A DNA stretch of 64,000 nt from Bugula neritina (taxonomy: Eukaryota > Animalia > Bryozoa), in the NCBI GenBank assembly GCA_964035545.1, contig OZ037770.1, positions 1,488,001 through 1,552,000 on the forward strand, read 5' to 3'. Positions 1-12,000 of the stretch are shown one piece after another (position 1 is the first letter of the stretch; every line of letters begins with the position of its first letter). The notes beneath the pieces were generated by a model. The model worked only from the letters and a program-made list of their open reading frames with translations. It did no database searches and was not told the DNA's origin. A program made the position numbers and the translations under genes.

Positions 1-42
1 TATGCTTTACTTTTCTTCGTTTAGGAATTACTATAGCTGTGC

Positions 43-340
<298 letters not shown>

Positions 341-360
341 TAAGTAAAATTACCCATGGA

Positions 361-471
<111 letters not shown>

Positions 472-1535
472 TGGTCCCAAAACTACCTATTTACAGATAT
501 TATATTACCTAATTGACTCTACTATAGCTTAGTAGTTGCACCAGTCACGGCTCTAGCACTTGACCTATATACCACGGCTAAGCTAAATCTAAATCAAAGT
601 TAATCTACAGCTTTCAAGCATCTATAATACGTATACTAACTATTTATTCATCTGTCAATGGGCAATGGGATGGTAGTATTAGAAAGAACTCAGTGATGGC
701 TGATTGACATGAGGCCCCCAAGATTGCTTTGTTTCGGTTGAAAAAGGGCAAAGGCTATAACAATGGGATGACTGAACTTGCTCATATATTCTATGCAACA
801 TGTTATGTTTGTGAGAAGTTTTTAAAATATATTGTTTCAATAAAATAATCTAGCTTGATATTTTACAAACAAGTAAAACCTAAAACATTACTATATAATT
901 GTGTATCCCATTTCTGTTAAAATTTGCAAGTATTTAGTTTTTTTTAAATCAAAATATAATTATAGTAATAATTGTATAGTAGTTATTATAGAGAAAAACA
1001 TACACAGCCTTGTATTTAGCTATATTTGCTATTTGCTCCAATTCAAATAATTTAAAATACGTTTGTTAGAAAAATATATAATATTTCAATAAACTGACAA
1101 TAACTTATTTAAATTTTTTAGCAATTATTACTCTGAAATCAAAACGGAAACTCACACAGTCTGCTAAATTTATTTACATTAGGATTCAAAAAATACTTTT
1201 GGCACACTTATAATTAACAATATTTCAACTGATGAGTTCAGACCTAGAATATTGAAATTTTTTCATGTATTTACATTTGGTAACAAAAAGTTGTGGTATA
1301 GTAGAAAATAATATATGCATATCATTGATCTTAAAAACAGAATATCCTTGGAGTGCATTCATTTTTTCTATGTTGACAAACATATCTTGGTCTGCAAAAT
1401 CTCAATCTTCTGAATCTTAATTCTCTTCGGTCTGCAAATCTTAACCTTAGAGTTTCCTATGAAAATAAAATTCAAAAATATCTTTAACATTCAAAAACTA
1501 TTGAGAGTGCATAAAACACGTCAATCAGCATTACA

Positions 1536-2420
1536 TAATAGACCATGTAAAACTCAGCCAATCAGCAAAGTGTACCAGGTCAATGTCTTACCATTGTAAC
1601 TGATATAAAATTCTGCAAGTTCAATTGCAAAATGCATGCTTCTAAAAGCTAGTTGTGCAACTTTTTTTTCATGCATTATTTAATTTCATATCTTAAATTG
1701 ATGACTCTTGAAATGATTTTTTAAAATGTCTAAATTAAGTGTTTATAAAACGCAAATAAAAGTTGCATGTCTAGAAAAATGACCTGGTACACTTTTGCAA
1801 CTTAAGGCCAATTATTACATAACTGCCAGCTTAGTAGTTATTTGTTGTTGCAGCTTGAATGGGTTATTGTTTAGCATTGGAAGCTTGCAGTAAACATCTG
1901 TGAATTTGGTACATGACTTTGATTGGCTGGTTTTTGAATGGCCCTTTAGTATATGCATCTGGATGGCTGGGTAGTGTAAACTCCGCCTACATCTAGCTAA
2001 TGTAAAGTAGCCAATCCACAGTAGTATTACAAAATTTCTGTTTAACAAATGAAATATTCTGGTCATTTGTTTTGTACTTTACAATAGTAAATATTCTATT
2101 CAACTAGAATTTTATTGTATGTAAGCCATGGGAACTACTAAGAGGTTAAATCAACCACCCATGCTGGTAATATTGTTGCTCGCAGTAATAGCAAGTCCAC
2201 ACCGTATAAATATACACATAAGCTATTATGTGCAGCTTATAAATGCTGAAATGACCCCATTTCTTACTTACAATTTGAAAAAAATTGTATTACATATTCT
2301 GCCACTTCTGCACCAAGAATTTGTTTTCCTTTTAAATTTTGAAAATAGTAGTCAGTTTCTGCAGCAGTCAACTGCATCCACAATAAAAAACGTAAGCTTT
2401 CAAATAAACTATAAGTATAT
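1536..2420 (-). repeat. Left arm of ~885-bp inverted duplication (partner 4158-5031)
   Basis: Reverse complement matches 4158-5031 with few differences; mirrored ORFs 1815-2066/4502-4753 and 2128-2430/4204-4440. Confidence 0.97.
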
Positions 2421-2519
2421 GAAATATTAAGTGTGGAAACAATGTAATTTAGTTCTTGCTATGATGAAAATTTAAAGAATATTATATTATAAAAGCTAGA
2501 TATAGATTTCTATAAAATG

Positions 2520-4640
2520 GCACAGGTGAAAATAACACATTTTTACTTCAAATTCTAAATTTCATCAGTCACCAATGGTGGCTGTAGATTACAAAGAGCA
2601 TAGCAGACTATCATAATCATAAGGATGGTCAGCCCACTGAGCAAAATCCAACTCCAACCTTTCATTTGGGTTACCAACGCACTAAAGCATATAATGTAAG
2701 ACGAACAAAAAACAGTGGTTTTAATGAAACATGTGAAGGAAGCGAACAGAAAACGTTATCAACAGAGTCAGCTGATATAGAGCAACAGAACTCATCTGAC
2801 AGCCATCCTCATAGTCAGACTTCATCAGAAGTAACTGAGTTACCAGAATCATCAACTACTCAGAAAAAAAGATCTGCACATTCTATTGATAGACGAAAAT
2901 CAAAAGTTGGAAGAAAAGGCTCAAAAAGATCCACGTTTAAACAAAAAGCAGCTATTGAAAAAGTAAAAGTTTTTAAAACTTTCACCACTACAGATGAGCA
3001 AACTAAATTCTATACTGAAATACCTACACGTTCTCTATACTATTTTTTAGCAAGGTGAAAATTATGATTTTCTTATTGCAAAAATAGACTATGGTTTATT
3101 ACAAATAAACAATGCAAGTCTCACTATGCTAAAATTTCTACATTGATTAAATTTGATGTGTAGTAAAACTGTCATTTTAATTAAATTTGTTGCAGTGTGA
3201 GTACATCATTCATACATTTTTTATTAAAGATGTTGTTTTATGTAAGATATTCATAAATACCACAGTGGACATCTGTATGCTTTGACTTATTTAGTTTAGG
3301 GTTTTATTTAAACAAGCAGCAGTATTTTATTTGTGGACAAATTGACTCACTTTCTCTAGGAAAAGTAAATTGTTTTGACTTAAATTTTCCTTGGTTATTT
3401 TAAAGCTTATCAAAAGTGGCCTCCTAATCTAATTTTTAGCTGAAACTAACTCAGTGTTTAAAACTAAAATGGTTTACACTTGTTACTAGTTTCACTTATT
3501 CACAAACATTATTAAATACTATTCTAGAAATAATATGGGTTTGAATTAGTTATAGTATAATTATAAAATGAAGAAATAATTGTTTGTCCACAGTATTTGT
3601 TTAAACTCATAACTTCATTCAAAACATGTATTCATACAACTAGCTTACCATGTACTGTTACAGTATTATGTAACACATGTTGACACACATTACATTCTGT
3701 TTGGATGGTGATATATTGGGTCAAGCCTTCAGCTAGCAGTTCTTGAACTTCATAGTTGTTGCAAAATATAACTGAAGCTACTTACCAGAGGGTAAAAACT
3801 GCTGAATGAATACAAACTAAGCACAAAATTTATTTAGCACATACATTATAATTTGAATCATAATTTAATTTTCATTCTTTATTTTCTATATTTAGATTTA
3901 TATGTCCGAAGATGAAAGTTCTTATTCTCCAAAAAAAGTTAACAAGACAAGATGAACTTTTATTGGCTTTGATGAAGCTGCGTCAAGGTTTACAGTTTCA
4001 AATACTTGCTGGCCTTTTTTATATCTCTAGATTGCTAGCAAGCAAAACCTTCAAAAACACATTAGATATTTTAGCAAGAGAACTGAAGAATCTAATAGTT
4101 TTTCCAACAAGAGAGAAGCTGAACATCCCTCTGAGCTTTCAAAGCCAATATGCTACCATATATTTATAGTTTATTTGAAAGCTTACGTTGTGGATGTTGA
4201 CTGCTATAGAAACTGACTACTATTTTCAAAATTTAAAAGGAAAACAAGTTCCTGGTGCAGAAGTGGCAGAATATGTAATACAATTTTTTTCAAGTTGAAA
4301 GTAAGAAATGGGGTCATTTCAGCATTCATAAGCTGCACATAATAGCTTATGTGTATATTTATACGGTGTGGACTTGCTATTACTGCGAGCAACAATATTA
4401 CCAGCATGGGTGGTTGATTTAACCTCTTAGTAGTTCCCATGGCTTACATACAATAAAATTCTAGTTGAATAGAATATTTACTATTGTAAAGTACAAAACA
4501 AATGACCAGAATATTTCATTTGTTAAACAGAAATTTTGTAATACTACTGTGGATTGGCTACTGTACATTAGCGAGATGTAGGCGGAGTCCACACTACCCA
4601 GCCATCCAGATGCATATACTAAAGGGCCATTCAAAAACCA
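2520..4640 (+). pseudogene. Decayed intron-containing THAP-HTH-(DDE) transposase, PIF/Harbinger-ISL2EU type
   Basis: In frame upstream of ORF 2666: NHKDGQPTEQNPTPTFHLGY (THAP C-terminal-like); DEQTKFYTEIP motif before a GT donor at ~3055; after an AG at ~3895, KLTRQDELLLALMKLRQGLQFQILAGLFYISRLLASKTF...FPTRE, an HTH_Tnp_4-like segment. Frameshifts and stops follow; only vague remnants of the DDE part. Confidence 0.75.
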
Positions 4641-5031
4641 GCCAATCAAAGTCATGTACCAAATTCACAGATGTTTACTGCAAGCTTCCAATGCTAAACA
4701 ATAACCCATTCAAGCTGCAACAACAAATAACTACTAAGCTGGCAGTTATGTAATAATTGGCCTTAAGTTGCAAAAGTGTACCAGGTCATTTTTCTAGACA
4801 TGCAACTTTTATTTGCGTTTTATAAACACTTAATTTAGACATTTTAAAAAATCATTTCAAGAGTCATCAATTTAAGATATGAAATTAAATAATGCATGAA
4901 AAAAAAATTGCACAACTAGCTTTTAGAAGCATGCATTTTGCAATTGAACTTGCAGAATTTTATATCAGTTACAATGGTAAGACATTGACCTGGTACACTT
5001 TGCTGATTGGCTGAGTTTTACATGATCTATT
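4158..5031 (+). repeat. Right arm of ~885-bp inverted duplication
   Basis: Reverse complement of 1536-2420. Confidence 0.97.
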
Positions 5032-5064
5032 AGCATTACATAATTATGTAGAAAGAATAATGAT

Positions 5065-5302
5065 AGTCTCAAAACTACCAAAGCATAATTATTATTATCA
5101 AAAACATCTATCATGTATATAACATATATAAAGAATTCGACACAGAAACAAACCTGTTAATCAGCATTACATAATTGTCTAAAAAGAATAATGATATATA
5201 AGAAATTGAATGAACCCTGAAAATGTTATTATATATAGCAACATGAGTCTCGAAACTACTAAAGCATAATTATTATCATCAAATACATTTATCATGTATA
5301 TA
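5065..5302 (+). repeat. Imperfect ~57-bp direct repeat (5065-5122, 5246-5302)
   Basis: agtctcRaaactacYaaagcataattattatYatcaaa..tatcatgtatataa twice. Confidence 0.7.
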
Positions 5303-6352
5303 ATATGTAAGGATGGGTAACCTTGTAAACATTGGAAGAAGAAACAACTATGGACAATGGAATTTCACTTACAAGCCAAGGTCGTCTGTCACGTCTCAAT
5401 CTAGAATCTCTTGGTCCCCTACTTTTGATTTGTTGGAAACATAAGAATAACATCAAAATGACTAGAATCTTACTTGTAGCACTTAAACACAGATTCATAT
5501 CCAATATGTTTATCCTGCATGCAGGAACCAAGGAAATATTTGCAAAGCCTGTTTTTTACAAGCACTACCTGAATGCATAAACAAAGTATTCCGAGTAGTA
5601 ACAATGAAGTAGGTATGAAAACATTCTCTTTATATATACCATCAAATGCAGACAGTTTAATGAAACAACTTTTTAGCAAAATATTTATTAATCTTTTTAA
5701 GCTTTGACCTCAAAGTTCCTTTAATTTTGCATAAATTACCGGTTTATATTATTTACTCTAAGTAACTAGCTCTTATATAAGCTAGCCGCCATTATATTTA
5801 CATAACACAAATTTTTTCTCATTATCAATACATTTCGTATTATTGGTTTGAAGTTTTACAATAAATAGGTTCTGGTGCTATAATTAAATTGGTTGTCAGT
5901 ATAGTATGAGTCATGCCTGAAGTAGAAAGATTTTTCAACCACCTGATTTAACAAAATGAACCATAATAAATCTAACTTAAACTGATTTTAATGGTGACAC
6001 GCACCTGGCTTCCATGGATACATTTGCAACTATTTAACTTGTTTGCCTTGTCATAATTAAATTTATATAATACATAGAGCTGGCCGCAAGAAGGCTTAGC
6101 TCAACAGACACACCGAGTGATGACCTCAAATGCTTCCGCATATGCAGATCACTGATAGGACTCAGAAGTCATCAAGTCATCAAGTCATCATTCACAAACA
6201 GCTGCAGGCAGACATCATACTCTACTTAGAGGATAGCAAAGAGAGAGAGACAATATTATAATACTGAACCAGTTGTATTTGATGAATCTTGTTTATTAGA
6301 CTCACCCCAACAATTGAAGCTGTCATTTTAACTGTTCGATATAATATGTTAA

Positions 6353-7120
6353 AGGATTGCTCTATCTTAGTTTATTACAATCACATTATAATTATGAACT
6401 ATAATCTAATGTGTATGCAAACAATTGTGACTTTGCAAAGGGATATATGCCTAGAAAACAGCTTTTCAAAATTCCAATTATGAGGGAGGTAAAATTTTCA
6501 GCCATGAAAAAGAATAGCCTAATACGTGACGTGTGAACGCCAGTAACTATGCTGCACGTGCTAACTATAACGCTAGTATTCAAGGTTGCTGAGCGCAACA
6601 TCAACCAATAACGCTCAAGCAGTTACAGTGCGCTATATAGGTCAGCTTTGGTACGCCCGCAATATTACACAATCTGACCTAGTTTAGATCGATCGCAGGC
6701 ATTCATCCTAAAGAATGCATGTTTTTGCAATGCTTTTTTCTATGTTTACAAGCAAAATATGGCCTAATGTTATCACATACATGTTATTTAACATGTCAAA
6801 AAACTATAGATTGAGATAATTCACATTTGCACTTCTATAAATATACAAATTACGAGCTGAAAGATCACATCTCACAGTCATATTTCTATAGTTATTCATT
6901 TGTATAGCCACGTGACCAGCAGGAATGCTGGCGCTGTTACGTCACATTTCCCAGCTCATTTCAAAATCGGCGTTTTGGCTGTTACCAATCTACACCCTCA
7001 ACTTCAACTAACTTTTTCTACCTTTGGTCAAATGCTTTTTGTCAATGCATGCTTAGAAAAACACAATATTATGTGTGTTTGACCTAAATGGCCATTTATT
7101 AGACAAGATAGAGCACTCCT
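6353..7120 (+). mobile_element. 768-bp non-autonomous DNA transposon, TTAA TSD, Kolobok-like
   Basis: TTAA|AGGATTGCTCTATCTT ... AAGATAGAGCACTCCT|TTAA; second copy at 13254-14021. RR termini with TTAA TSD fit Kolobok. Confidence 0.88.
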
Positions 7121-7730
7121 TTAAGAAAATTTTACACCAGGAAGAACTTATTCAGCAGTTTTACCAGCAAGTCATAGTTATTAGTGTATTTATATAACAA
7201 AAATTTGCCTCCTGCACAGTAATTTGGTTTGAAGTTTGAAAAGATATGCTCTGTGATACAAAAAGTGGCTGATAATATAAACATATTTTATTTAATTGGC
7301 TGTCACTTTAGATTTCAAAATTATGACTCGTGATTTCTCTAAAAACATGTAATTAGCTGAGCACTAGACCCAATTAAGGATATATTTATATATACGCATA
7401 ATCATGCTATAGAGTCTAGTTGGTTTCCATGGTAACGATCCACTAGATTAGTTTCCGTTTGACTAAAATGACTATTTCAGAGAATATATTATATATAAAC
7501 CAACAAATACTGTGTAAATTATTATACTCTGTGTAACTAGCAGTTATATAAGCTAGTATTTAATGTATTTGCATGACTCAAAATTTTATAGCATTTTGTA
7601 TGTGCTTTTGTGGCTAAATCATTACAGGTGAGTTTACTGCCCGATTGAAAGCCAATTTATCTGTCAATAAAATGACTCATTATAATATTTATATACACAT
7701 ACACATACAACATAATATAAGAATATTTAG

Positions 7731-7800
7731 GGAGCAGCCGTGGTCTAGGGGTTAGAGCGTTTGCCTTATAGTAAACACGAAGGTCATGGGTGCGAGATCA
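7731..7800 (+). mobile_element. tRNA-like (SINE-head-like) fragment
   Basis: A-box-like TGGTCTAGGGG and degenerate B-box GGGTGCGAGATC; no complete cloverleaf; ends at the arm A breakpoint. Confidence 0.55.
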
Positions 7801-9047
7801 GGGAGTACTACAAACAAATAAGAAAAGTTCTAGATTCAAAACTGAATAGTGAGAACACAATCAAAGCAATAAACACATGGGCAGTAACAGCAGTGCATTA
7901 CACAGATAGAATACTTGACTGGACTGTTTCATGAGCTAAAAAATATGGACTGAAAGACAAGGAAGCTAATGACAACAAACCGTGCACCCTATCCGAGAGC
8001 AGATGTAGACAGGCTGTATTTTAGCAGAAGGGAAGGCGGTAGAAGAATGTTGTCAACTGAAAAATGCATAAAGATTGAAAACTGCAGCATGTCAGACTAC
8101 ATAAATATAACATAGACTGATAGAAACACCACACTGAATACCTTCCTAAAAGACAGAACAGCGGTAGAACTAAATAATGATAAAGTGATAGAAAGAACTG
8201 ATGAGTGTAAAGAAAAGCTTCACGTGGTCAATACATCAAAATGGTGGAAGACATGAAAGCATTTTCCTGGAACTGGTTGAAGTATGGTTGGCTGAAAAAG
8301 GAAACAGAAGGACTGCTGACAGCTGCGCAAAATCAACTATTCACTACTAGAAATTATAAAGTGGCTATGATGAGAGAACAGGGTAGCAAGAAGTGTGGAA
8401 TGTGTAACGCAAGAGACAAAACTTCGATGCACGTATTGAGTGAGTTTGAGAAGGTAGCAGAAAGAGAATATAAGAAAAAACACAACCTTTTGGCATTGAT
8501 AATTTCAATAGTAGTTGTGTGAACTTCGTGGGTTTCAGAAAAGTAAGAATTGGTACGGCCATCAAGCAGAATAAGTACTGGAAAATGATAATGTGAAAAC
8601 CTTGTAAGATTTTAACATACACACTGACGTAGTCATCAAAGTTAGGAGACCCGATATATTAGTAGTTGACAAGCATAATGCTGAAACAACGATAATTGAT
8701 ATCACAGTCCCTGTTAACTACAGAGTGAAAGAAAAAAATTCGAAAAGTTAGGAAAATATCAGAATTTAGCTCTAGAATAAACCCGCCTTTGGAAAACATC
8801 AAAAAAGTCATCCCGTTGTAACTGGAGCCTTTGGAGCTTTATACAAGATTGTAGACTGGCTGACACTACTTGGAGTAGCTGAAAACAAATGCTCATTAAT
8901 TCAGCAGACACCCTTACTAGGATCAGGATAAGCTGACATCCTGAGGAAAGTTCTAGCCATTTCAGCCTAGTATAACTAGGCTAATGGTAAAAGGTTACAC
9001 CAGCTAAAAAACTACGGTCAATCAACAATAATAATAATAATAATAAT
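7795..9047 (+). mobile_element. 3' fragment of R4/Dong-clade non-LTR retrotransposon (pseudogenised)
   Basis: WLKYGWLKKETEGLLTAAQNQ..TRNY..KCGMC...H zinc-knuckle region, then RRPDILVVDK..IIDITVP..EK..KY restriction-like endonuclease; ends in (TAA)n. Confidence 0.88.
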
Positions 9048-9049
9048 AG

Positions 9050-12000
9050 TGCAGTTGGTTCTATTATTAGATTAGCATATCGATTATGACTTTTCGATTG
9101 CCACCCTGATACTATGAGTAAAATGTACAAGCATACGTGAAAGTATAGATATGATCATAAGTATAAAAATAGGTATAAGTATAAATATAAATATAGGTAC
9201 AAGTATAAAACGAATGATTATATTATTAATAATATTAGTCAGTGATACCTATAACCGTAATGGTTTTTAGACTTACAGTTATCATTAACATTAGCTGAGT
9301 AATATGATTAGTTAAAATAATGGTATTCATTATTATATCATAGTTATAAGTTATAACTCTAGTCTCTAAAGAGCAACAGCAAGTGTAATTGGGATATTCA
9401 TATTAAATTTCATATTCACATAGTGAAATGTTTATGTTATGAACTAATTTATTCCTTCAACATTTAACTATAAATATGATTAACACTAACTTTGACCAGC
9501 AGTATTACTAAAAGAAGCGTATTACAAATATAAGATAATAAAATTCTAGTAGTAGGACTAATAGTATTACTAGGTCCAGTATTATTCTTGTTACCTTATT
9601 CATCATTCATGAGTTATCAAATTTAAAATTACTACTTATTAGCATCAGCATATAAAAAGTAAGATCATTAGGAATAATTATCATGAGGTATGATCTATGA
9701 TTTGCATTATCCATATATAGTTTAATATCAATATGATATATTATTATTGCTGATAGTCTATGTTATAGTTAAATTTATACTTATCTTTACAGTTACCTAT
9801 AGTAGCACTTATTAGTTATTTGTGGTAGCCAAACTAATGTTTAATATTAATAAATTAAACTGAGTATCATAAAAGTGTTACTAAAAATTTTAATTGTAAT
9901 CGTAATGGTGATCATATTACTTTATTATAATTATTATATTTTATCATTAATGCTAAACTGAGTTAATGTATATACTTTGAGTTTTACTATTACTCATTAT
10001 ATTTACACTTATAGTAAAACTAAATATGTAAAAGTTATACTTATACTATTATTATTCGCATTTCATTAGACTTACATCTAAGATCGCAGTCCTATTACTA
10101 CCACCACTGATACTAGTACTACAACTAGTACTAGTACTGCTACTAGTACTAGTACTACTACTACTACTACTAATAGTACTGTTACTACTACTACTACTAG
10201 TACTACTACTAGGTCTACTACTGTACCAGTACAACTACAAACTTTGAAAATAACTGCAAGAAAGGTATGACTTACTCTTTTTCTTAGTCTTACTGTGACT
10301 CTCAGTCGTAACGGTAATGTAAAATAAAATTGTGAACTGTAAAGTTAAACCCAAGGCTAAAATTTATTTAATTAAATTTAGACAATCTGAATCATTGGCT
10401 CAATCTTTGAGTTTGACTATCACTATTATTATTAGTGTTACGATTGTGATTATCATTGGCATTATGCCATTATGATTATCATTATGATTGTAATTGTGGT
10501 AATTCTAACATTAATTATAATCATAAATTAAAAGGTAATGAATAATGATAATTATTTTCATTTTGTAATCACAATGATAATCATAATGATGTAAATTTTG
10601 ATTTAAAACCAAAATACTAAAACTAAAAGTAAAAGTTATAAAATTAAATTATAAAATATTATAATGATAATTATTATATTTATTATATTATTATTGAATA
10701 TATTATTTCATTAGAAAATAGGTTGCAGCTTAGCATGATTAAAATTCAGTAAAAATTAGTTTACCAACAGCAAACATGCATGCGTCTTGTCAACATTCAA
10801 TTCGTAGTGTCATAGCGAAGCCAGATTACTTGTAGTACGACTACTAGAACTACTACTACTAGTGATGGATTACAGATACTTGGCGATTTTAGCTGTGAGT
10901 GACCTTCACCTCACATTCTCGTCATGTGCGCGGCATTAGACTAAGTAGAGGGTATGAAGCACTGAGCTGGAAAAGAAAGAATATATTTTAATTATAGGTA
11001 ATACTAATAGTAATATAATTTATGGTAATATATAGGTAATATTATTGAGTTCATTGGTATGGAGTATAGACCTATCACTGATAGTATCAGTATCAACTAC
11101 CACTTACGTACTACTTCAACTTATAACTTACCTTCAACTCAAACTGAAACTGCTTGGAATCATTTGTCTTTGATCATATTGGCATTGTCATTGTGATTGT
11201 AATAACTATTAATATTTTTAGTTCAACATCAATGCCGAACATATTGTAATAACTAATAAGATAATCATAAGGTTGATATATTTTGCTAATACTAATACTA
11301 ATACTAATAGTTATAGTAATAGTTATAGTAATTCAGTGTCACTCTCACTCTGGTGGAGTGAGACTCAGACTTAGAGTTAGAGACAGAGTGAGTCCGAGTA
11401 AGTCTGAGTGTTGGTAATAGTAATAGTCATATAAATTTAAATTATATTTACTTATTTCTAGCAATCACAATGGCAATAGTTATAGTAACTTTCACTTACT
11501 CTTAAATCATTGAACCTGAACTAAAAGTAAAATTAAGCATTATGATTATCATTATGATAATACCTATGATTTTATTATGTTTAAATTAAAAATCAATATC
11601 ATGATAATATCATAGTGATAGACATATTATTGATAAATGATAATATAAAAGTAATTTGATAAATTATACATTTATTTTGAATTAAGGTAATACTGATACT
11701 AGACCGGTACTGAAAGTGATAGTAATACTAATACTAATAGTAATAGTAATAGTCATATAAATTTAAGTTATATTTACTCATTATCGGCAATCACAATGGC
11801 AATAGTAACTTAAACTGTAACAGTAATGGTATGGGTATGTTTGAAATTGTCACTATCAGTATTGCTATGAATCAAAATATAATGCTATCATACCAATAAT
11901 TTAAAATAATATTACAAAGCTTCAGTAGCAACTTTTACTTGTACCAGTTTGGAATTTTGAATTATACATATTCTTAGTTAAAGTCTTCAAGTTTATTGTC

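Noticed and set aside
660-810. Exon-like stretch GQWDGSIRK...
   Set aside because: In-frame stop and no recognisable family.
5292-5679. Possible second ISL2EU ORF (YqaJ-like nuclease)
   Set aside because: No diagnostic motifs found in the frames examined.
7423-7436. RFX X-box GTTTCCATGGTAAC
   Set aside because: Isolated motif in repeat-like context with no linked gene.
10052-10234. Poly-Ser ORF (also 56054-56272)
   Set aside because: (TAG)n microsatellite with length difference between arms.
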